Below are positions 56,874-64,000 of a stretch of DNA of 64,000 nucleotides, one piece after another. Source of the stretch: Lama guanicoe. Lineage: Eukaryota. Within the stretch, counting starts at the first letter, position 1. Each line of letters begins with the position of its first letter. The translations under genes were made by a program, and so were the position numbers. The notes beneath the pieces were generated by a model. It ran no database searches. It was not told the origin of the DNA and worked only from the letters and a program-made list of their open reading frames with translations. The stretch is taken from assembly GCA_013239625.1 (NCBI GenBank), contig MU056898.1, positions 649,717-713,716 on the forward strand, given 5' to 3'.

Positions 56874-56978
56874 TTTGGAAGTGAAGCAGCTCCTGCAGAC
56901 AAAGGCGGATCTGCAGAAGGAGCTGGAAAACATGAAGGAGGTTGAGAAGGAGAGAAAAGAGAGAGAGGAGGCTTTGAG
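56874..56978 (+). CDS. IQCE: IQCE exon 15 (105 nt)
   Basis: LEVKQLLQTKADLQKELENMKEVEKERKEREEAL; gttcag| and GAG|GTGAGT. Confidence 0.94.
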
Positions 56979-57324
56979 GTGAGTGGACTAAGTCAGAAGA
57001 CACAGTTCCAGGCCCTCCCTGCCCCTTGCCCCGCCCCTCCATCTGCTCTGAGCCCAGCCTCAAGGGCGACTTCCAAAGCCTAGGCCCCATCACGTTGCTC
57101 CTCCTCTGACGTCTCTCAGTGGTTTGCTGTTCCCTCCAGAGTAAAGATCCAGACTTTGGGGAAAGGCTCCTCATGGTTGGGCCAGCGTTTGCCCCCTTGG
57201 CATCACGGCCAACTCCCCTGCCCACATCCTCCCGCATGTCCATCATGGGCAGGCTCAGCGTGCCCAGGTTCCATACCCCGGTCAGGACTCCACCCGGCTG
57301 TCAGTCAGCTCCCACCCTCCTGTG

Positions 57325-57750
57325 TTTATCACTGTTTATGGCAGCCAAAAAGTGGGAACAGCCCAAATGTCCATCAGCTGAGGAGTAGATAAAGAAACAG
57401 AAGTGTATCCACCCAGAGGAATGAAGTTGAACACCTGCTACAATGTGAACGAACCTCAGAAACATGAGGCTCAATGAGAGAATCAGACAGGAAAGCCCGA
57501 ATGTTGTGTGATTCGGAAGTATCCAAAGGGGGCACGTTTGTAGAGACAGACTGAATTAGTGGTTGCTGGGGAGGCGAGGGGAGGGAGTGGGTGACGGGTG
57601 AGGGGCTTCTTCCGGGATGATAGAAATGTTCTAGAATCAGATACCACTGATAGCTGAACAACATTGTGGCCACACTAAAAGCCACTTAATTGCATACTTT
57701 AAAGTAATGAATTTTGTGTTACACGGATTTTATCTCAATCACCCAAAAAA
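57325..57750 (+). mobile_element. LINE-1 3' end (L1MB-like)
   Basis: AGCCAAAAAGTGGGAACAGCCCAAATGTCCATCA...TTTATCTCAAT. Confidence 0.8.
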
Positions 57751-58197
57751 AGCAGATTAGAAATCTAAGCAGAAATATTTAGCACTCAGAATAGTTAGTG
57801 AGAAACAAATTACTGAGATGAAGTAAAGACTTTATTTTCAGAATAAATGTGACTAGATTTTGTCAGAAGGCTAGAATTCAGGTAAATCAGTAGGGGCAGG
57901 TCACAGCACAGAATTATCTTCGCTTTGCCTTTAAAATCTGTGGCGAGGACAAGAGTCGTGTTTCCTTCCATTAAAGACCCCCAGTGACTCTTACTCATCA
58001 TTCAAGCAATTGGTGCTTTTTCCGCTCCTACCTACTTGTGCCAGGAGTGGGGCCCAGTGGGGTCTCCGGTGCGGTCCCCAGGGCAGTCGGGTGCTGGCCG
58101 GTGCCCACATCACAGGCTGCCACCCCTCCTGTCACGTACAGCCGTCTTATACAGCATGGCGACCAGTAAGGAGTCCTTTTTTCCCGTCCCACTTTAG

Positions 58198-58288
58198 AGA
58201 AGAAATTCGAGCACTCACCAAGAAATTTCGAGAATTGGAAGAAATGAAGAATGAAGAGGAAGATGGCCGCGTGGAAATGACTCCTGAG
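58198..58288 (+). CDS. IQCE: IQCE exon 16 (91 nt)
   Basis: EEIRALTKKFRELEEMKNEEEDGRVEMTPE; ctttag| and GAG|GTATGG. Confidence 0.93.
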
Positions 58289-61200
58289 GTATGGTGTGGC
58301 TGCGGTTTGAGCTCCTGTCCAGGCATGGTGGGACTCTAAGCTGACGCGTGACGGTTCTGGCTGTTTCCGTACCCAGAGTTTTTCCTGACTCCAGCACTGA
58401 CAGTCCAGTTTCCTTTTATCATCACCGTCGATTTCTATCAATTGTGTCTTGAATCCTGGAGTTCTGGACTAACTGATTGCCCATTAATGGACTTTTCAAA
58501 TGAGTATTCGCGTCTTAGATGGTTAAGTTGGTGAGTGAAGATCTTAACCAAAACTTGAAATGTATGAAAAGTTTAAACATCCAACAAGGGTTGTCCGTTA
58601 GGAAGTGAGAAAGAGTTTGAGAAGGGCTGGAGGGGAGGCGTGAACCCTCAGTGAGGAACCCTGCGTGTTTAGTGATGGTTTCAGCGTCTGCCTTTGACAC
58701 AGGCCGGGCGGGGAGAGCGTGGCTTCTCCCGTCCCCCCACCTGCTCTGGGTACTGAAGGACTGCTGAGTGGTGGTTCCCTCGGCAGGACCTGTGGGCAGG
58801 TAGGCGGTCGGTCTGGGCAGCCCCTCCCCCCATCCCTGGCCCCTTGCTCCCTCCACTTCTCCGGACACGAAGGCGAGCGGGTCCCGGGGGGCCCTTTGGT
58901 TCCCGCTGGCCCAGTGCTACCTGCACTCAGACTTCTGGTGGCTAGAATGTGCCTCCTCACAAATCCTTTTTTCCCAATTAGTGGATTCTCCAGATGGCAG
59001 GTATGATCCTGTATCTGTTAATACAGAAAACCAGTAACTGAGGGATTGGAACCCGCGGCTGCAGCCTGCTCCAGGAGAGCCATGGGGCGTGCGTGCGCAA
59101 TGGGAGAGCCAGCTGGCGGGGCGGCCCGCCCGGGGCACGCGGGGAGGGACAGTCAGTGCCGCAGCCCCTCTGCCGTCCCTCTTCTGCGGCCCCAACTGAA
59201 GGTTCGAGTGACACGCCAAGTCCCCTTGGGCGGCGGGGCTTCACCTAGGACACCTTTTAGCCAAGAGTTCTGTTGCTTCGGGAGCCAAGATCCTGACCAG
59301 ACTGTCTCTGGCCACCAGAAGGAAGGCGTCCCAGGCTCAGCATGGAGTTATCTGCTGAGAGCTGAAAACAGAAGGGTTTTTTTTTTTTTACTCTGGACTG
59401 GCCCCCCCTTCCAAGGCTTTCTTGTTTAGCTGGAATCTTCTAGCCGAAGACGCTGCAGGTGCTGCATCTCCGGCTCAGGAAGAGCTGACAGGGGATCTGG
59501 GGACGCTGAGGAGCACCACAGCGCCACCGATAGGCCAAAGAAGGTGGCTCTCTTGGCGCGTGCTAGCAGGAGCCCCCGGCGCTCGTGCCGTGCCCGCGAT
59601 CCCGCGTGTCCTGCTGGCCAGGGTGAACTGGACAGTGTGAGTCCGCCTCCATCCCTTCTGAAGCTGTCGTTTGCTAAAGCAGACTTCTTGTGTTATCCGC
59701 GTGGGCGCATTTCCATGGTGGAGCTTCCAGTGCTCTGGATAACGTTCTGGGTGCCATAGAACCACTGTCCCTGCGTCCAGGAACCGGGCCACTCTGCACC
59801 ATGGTCCGTTTTCAGGAGACGCCTGCTTCCCCGAATGCCTGCGCTGGTGGCCCCAGGGGGATGCCGGGAGGCTGAGGGGACCCGCTGACGGCCGGGGCGT
59901 GTCGTGGGCGGAGCTGCACTGTGTGTCTTCTGGAGGTGCCGTGTCCCTGTCCGGGTGCTGTGAAAATCTCCTTTCCAAGTGAGGTGCTCCTGGTGCTGAC
60001 CGACTTATGACTTGTCCGCCTCAGGCAGCCCTGACCCCTGGGAGGCACCCAACACCAGGGAACGTGGATGGCTGTGCTCATTTATCAGGCTCACACCCCC
60101 AAAAGTTATGTTTCCCTTAGGGAGAAAAATATTCTCCACGTCCCCCGGAAGTGACATAACGGCTTTGTCTGAGGAATCCCTCTGGCTCTCGCGGACTCCT
60201 CCCTCCTGCCGCTCAGGCCTTCCGCAGACACCGAGAACAGAAAGAAAACAAGTGTGTCCTGGTGTCTTATCAAGGTGCTGACCTGGAGACGGAGGAAAGG
60301 TCATCTCAGCCCTGACCTCCTCCCTGTGCATCCACTGGACACAGATCCCGCCCGGGAGAGGAGCCGGGTGTAGCCTCTTGTCCTGAGGGCCTCCGGCGCT
60401 GACCGACTGGACAGGGTCCAGCCCGTGCAGCAGGCTCCCCTCCTTTCCCTGAGCTCCGTTACCCCTGGCTCATGGGAGCCGGGGGCCGGGCCGGCAGAGA
60501 CCCCAATGAGAGTCCTTTTCCTCAAGGGGCTGCAGCCTTAGTGTCTGCCTTTCCCCTGTTTGGGGGCGGGGTTAGGAGATTTGCTGGGTTTCAAAATTAC
60601 CCTCAATATTTATTTTCAAAGTTTAGTTTTGAGTTTTTTCCCTGCTTGGAAAGCATTTCCATTTCAAGGAAAGAGAATGGAATTAATTGGGAAGATTCTG
60701 TGTTCCTCCAGACAGGGGAACCAGCTCCCAGCATTCGGCTGTGGATGAGTAATCAGAGGTTTAAACAAGGTGACATGGGTCCGTTTTTAATAGCGCTTCG
60801 AGGAATTTTTGTATGTATCAAAGTTGAAATCCTTCCAGCTGTCTGGCAGGAGTTCTTTGAGTAAATTTGTCTTTCTTTATCTTCTAAGTCACGGGTTTTG
60901 CCTTCTTGCTCACAGCAGCACAGGCCACGCGGGACGGACTCCTCCATGGAGCAGAGGGCTGGAGCTGTGCTGGGTCGGGGAGGAGGGGAGACGAGGCCTG
61001 TCTTAGAGGCTGTGTGGGGAACCTTGGCAGAAGTAACTTGGAGCAGCCTGGAGAGTGATGACAGCGGCTGATTGGCTCGGGGCACGGTGCCTAGTCGGAG
61101 GGCAGGCCTCCTGGGCCGGGCGTGGGGTTGCAGCTTCGCGGCCTCACAGGGCACGGACTCAGAGCGCTTGCAACGGCATCTCTGCACAGGGCCTCCTCCA

Positions 61201-61823
61201 CTGAGAAGGGCGTCTGCGCTGAGCTGGCCTTCCACCCTCCACGTGAGGACACGTCCAAGTGTTTATGCTTATGGGAAGGTGCTCTGTAGGTAATGAATCT
61301 GGCCCCTTCAGTGGCAGAAGTCAGTAGTGTCCTGATGGCCACAGCAGCAGTTCTTGCTTCTTTCTGCCTTAAAATCCAAGCCTTTCATCTCAGAAGTCCC
61401 GTTCGTGTAGTCCAGCATTGGGCTATAAAAGACCGAAAAAGGACCCTGGAGAAGCAGGTCATTCTTGCGCTAGCGCACAGATGTGCTGAGCTGGGGAAGT
61501 GCGCTTCGGCTGTGGGAGCCAGCCGCCTCCCGGACACTTGGCGGGCAACCGCCCTCCTCCCGCGGGGAGCCCTGCCGGATGGAGCCCCCGGGCTGACCAA
61601 ACCCAGCGTCACCCTGTTCACTAGCGAACATGTTGTTTCTCCAGAGACTTCTTTGTCGTCTGACACGCTGAGCGGTGAGGACACAGGTTTTCCTGTAAAT
61701 CAGAAAGTCTAGTCTGATAAGCTTCCCCGCGTCAGGTCAAGCGCGGCCCTGATGTCCTGCCGCCCCGCCCGGGGCCCTCCCCGCTGCCGCTCTGACGCCT
61801 GTCACACCTTGGCTTTTCTGCAG

Positions 61824-62006
61824 ACCCAGGAAGAACCCCGGCCCCCCAGCCCCGCCGTCAGCCCCTCCCAGCCAGACTCGGAGCCGGAGCCGGGGCCCGA
61901 CAGTGACTGGAGAGAGGGCGGCCCCTCCCGACCGCCCTCCGCCTGCTCTGCGGGGAGGAGAGATGCCGCCGCCCGGCTCCTGCAGAGCCGGTGGCAGGTG
62001 TACCAG
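61824..62006 (+). CDS. IQCE: IQCE exon 17 (183 nt)
   Basis: TQEEPRPPSP...GRRDAAARLLQSRWQVYQ (IQ-like end); ctgcag| and CAG|GTGAGC. Confidence 0.9.
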
Positions 62007-62829
62007 GTGAGCGAGCTGCCCGCGCCCACGCGACCCTGCTGGCTTTGCCAGCCGCGGCCGCGCCTTTGTAGTTCACGTGCTGATGTGCCCACACCTACTG
62101 GGCCCCTTCCCTGGGCGGGCTCCGTGCCAGACGCGGTTGACATGTGGGGAAATGTAGGGGAGCAGAATGTTCGCAGAGAAGGGACCGGACCTAGGAAGGG
62201 GGAGCCAAGGGGTCCCTTCCCCTCTCCTGGAGAAGCAGCCTGCTCCGTTTGCTGGATGGGACTAGGCAGTGGCTTGTCCGGAGGCCTCTGTCCCCTCCCT
62301 GATGGGCACACACGTAGTGAGCTGAGTCCGGGGACACCGGCTCCGGGTGCAGCCCACTGGACCGTGGGACCGAGCTGAGGGGTTTTCCTGGCACTGCAGG
62401 CCTCGGGGCTGCTCCTCAGAGGTCCATGGCGTGGGTGGCATGGATGACGTGGGTGACAGGACAGGAGGGCTGCGCTCGTGAGTCTTGGACCTTTGGGCAG
62501 GGGGCAGCAGGGGCTGTGGGCTTGCACTGGGTTCCCTGTGTGCCTGGGGCGACGTCGGGCAATAGGCCAGGAGGGGGGCGGCCGGCGTCCTCTCATGGAG
62601 GGAGGCGCGGTTTCCTTTCTCAGCTCCGGGGCGGCTCGCTGATGACCGTCCTGCTCTGCGATGACTGAGCGCTGTGGACGAGCTCCCCAGTTCTGTAAAG
62701 CACAGCACAGCCCTGTTCCCCAGCTGATCAAACAGACAGGAAGTGGACTTCTCTGTTCGTCTGGATTTTATAAGATCTTAGCTCCAAAGGCTGCCGGTGG
62801 AGGGTTTTAATCATTGTTTCCTCCTGACT

Positions 62830-63560
62830 TTTATTAAGCAAACTTACAAAATGTAGAAAAGTTTTGAAAGAGCTCAGTGTCTTCACACACACACACACCC
62901 TCCCCCCGTGTACTAGTTCCTGTCTGCTACCTCCAGTCAGCAACAGTTCACTTAGCCGTGTTTCTTCTCGATACGTACTATTTTTTCCAGAACCATTCGA
63001 AAGTAAGTTTTAGGCATTATGAGGCCAGCGTGTATCTTCTGAGAATGAGGTGTGCTGCTTAACCACAGAGCCATGACTGCAGCTGAGAGGCTGAACAGTT
63101 TCACAGTACCATCTAACATCCTCTTTGTGGTCCCATTTCCCACCTGTCCAAAGGTGCCATTTGTAACTGTCATTTTCAAACCAGGATCCAACCAAGGTTG
63201 GACTCGGGTCCGAATCCACTGAAAGCACTACACTCAGTTGTTGAGGTCTCCTTAGTGTCGTTTGCCCTTACCCTTTTAAGGATGTCCTGGAGAGCGCAGG
63301 CGGGGTCCTGGAGCCTATCCCCCACCTGGGATCAGACGGCTTCTGGTGTCCTTTCAGTGCTTCCCTGTCCCCTGCCCTCCCTGTAAATGGGAAGTTAGGT
63401 CCACAGGCTTGACTCAATTCAGGTTGAAAACGATCTGGGGGAAGAACTCGTAGGTGATGCCTCGCTGTAAGACTCACGTGAAACCAGGGGTCCCCTGCTG
63501 TGTCTCTAACTTCGGTCTCTGGGTAGCGTCATGGCTGCCAGCTTTGCCTCCTTCACTGGT
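62830..63560 (-). mobile_element. old LINE-1 3' region (L1MC-like)
   Basis: CAGAACCATTCGAAAGTAAGTT, CCAGGATCCAACCAAGG tracts. Confidence 0.5.
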
Positions 63561-64000
63561 CTTACCTCACTCGGTCATTTCAGACAACGTCGGGGGCCAG
63601 GGTGGGGGCGGGCAGGACGTGTGACCTCCGCAAATGCCATCCTTCTGCTCCGTGTAAGAGCCCTGCCCCAGCCCACGGCTCCCATCAGACCGCCAAGGCC
63701 TTTCCCCCCACTGGCCTCCAGGCTGGAGCCTGGTGACCTCCTGACTCCTGTGCTTGGGGCTTGCACGTCGGGAGGACTGGGCTCCACGCACATCCCTAAG
63801 AGCACACATCCTCGGAGCCCACCCTGGTGGTGCTGCTTCAGTGTGTCGTGGGTGCGGCTGGGTCTTTCTTCTCACATCCCCTGCCGGTCTTGATGGCTGC
63901 TCAGGCTTGGGAGCCGGCGACCCAGACCCCTGCCTGCGGATCCCCTGCGTAACATCACCAGCCGGCAGCGCCCAGCCGCTCTGTGAGCACCCAGAGAGGT

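Larger units (their letters stand above)
32085..64000 (+). other. IQCE: IQCE gene span (IQ motif containing E; ciliary EvC-zone Hedgehog protein), 3' part beyond window
   Basis: 17 GT-AG exons join in frame to 1641 nt (547 codons) matching IQCE (REKEDMYDEIIELKK, GYVEWSKPRLLRRI); no stop reached. Confidence 0.96.

Noticed and set aside
62007-64000. Further IQCE exons (KKKAVLDE-like and canonical IQ motifs)
   Set aside because: Not found in the remaining 2 kb; presumed to lie beyond the window rather than lost

Overview
GC-rich mammalian genomic DNA, most likely camelid: the young SINEs are of the tRNA-derived 'GGGGAGGGTATAGCTCAG' (Vic-1-like) type. The window holds the complete BRAT1 gene on the minus strand (13 coding exons, 2469 nt CDS, 822 aa, all GT-AG, ending ...EADCY*, poly(A) signal at 17849-17854). 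Head-to-head with it are coding exons 1-17 of IQCE on the plus strand (547 codons; the gene continues past the window). A third CpG island (~4.5-5.3 kb) has no coding exon and is inferred to be the promoter and non-coding first exon of AMZ1, based on the mouse-type order Iqce-Brat1-Amz1. The rest is intron or intergenic DNA with L1, L2, MIR, MLT1 and Tigger remnants, simple repeats, two assembly gaps and a probable false 370-bp duplication. I see no evidence for a wholly new biological system. The best leads are small: a 9-nt duplication that appears to have moved the IQCE exon 2 donor, RFX X-boxes, an intragenic promoter-like island in IQCE, a tiny polyadenylated retro-insertion and GC-drifted L1 remnants. 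Comparisons to human and mouse are from memory and need checking by alignment.
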